Assembly: GCA_013265495.1 (NCBI GenBank)
Contig: MU058198.1
Location: 632,419 to 696,418 of the forward strand
DNA: 64,000 bases
Source: Vicugna vicugna
Lineage: Eukaryota
Direction of reading: 5' to 3'
The notes under the pieces were generated by a model that was given only the letters and a program-made list of their open reading frames with translations, was not told the DNA's origin and did no database searches. Of this stretch, positions 63,749 through 64,000 are shown one piece after another; position 1 is the first letter of the stretch; each line of letters starts with the position of its first letter. The translations under genes and the position numbers were made by a program.

Positions 63749-64000
63749 CTACCTACACACACCGCAAGGCGAACGGATGGAACGCTTCACACAGCACACA
63801 GGCGGTTTTAGCCCCTCACACGATCTCCTGGCTCCTGAAACCCGAGCTGCCCTCACCCCGGTCTGTCCAGGCGCGACAACACAGTTGCCCTTAATCTCTG
63901 CAGGAGTTTGATTCCAGACAACTGTCCTGTGGCTTTCATCTGCGTAACACAACCATAAAAGCAACTGTGGCTGTTCTGGGGGACAGGGCAGTAGCGTTTA

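Larger units (their letters stand above)
60190..64000 (-). other. KNOP1: probable 3'UTR of convergent neighbour KNOP1; window may end at its TAA stop (63998..64000, minus strand)
   Basis: Recalled mammalian synteny (KNOP1 tail-to-tail with VPS35L); minus-strand AATAAA at 60213..60218 and 63591..63596; reverse complement of the window end (TAAACGCTACTGCCCTGTCCCCCAGAACAGCCACAGTTGCTTT) resembles my recollection of the human KNOP1 post-stop sequence; no KNOP1 CDS visible. Confidence 0.5.

Noticed and set aside
1..64000. CRISPR array, operon or novel multi-gene system
   Set aside because: Eukaryotic intron-exon DNA; no repeat-spacer array, and no coding signal I could recognise beyond the VPS35L exons and repeat remnants.

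Overview
Mammalian genomic DNA, most likely camelid, judged from two vic-1-type tRNA-Ala-derived SINEs and short artiodactyl-type L1 3' ends. The + strand carries the 3' part of VPS35L (C16orf62, Retriever complex subunit). I assembled 17 coding exons by hand (3969..58859); all are flanked by AG/GT, phases are consistent, and they total 1668 nt (555 aa plus TGA), from ALLTEMMERC to RLPLQTRT*. The 3'UTR has an AATAAA at 59316. Just downstream is a near-perfect 250/253-bp tandem duplication. The last ~4 kb is probably the 3'UTR of the convergent minus-strand neighbour KNOP1 (inferred from synteny; no KNOP1 coding sequence is visible). Introns are full of old repeats (MIR, L2, L1M, MLT1 LTRs, MER20B, MER58, MER2/Tigger). 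Almost all ORFs in the supplied track are spurious or exon read-throughs. I found no evidence of a novel coding system; the points of interest are regulatory or structural. Repeat family names and human comparisons come from memory, not database searches, and repeat boundaries are approximate.
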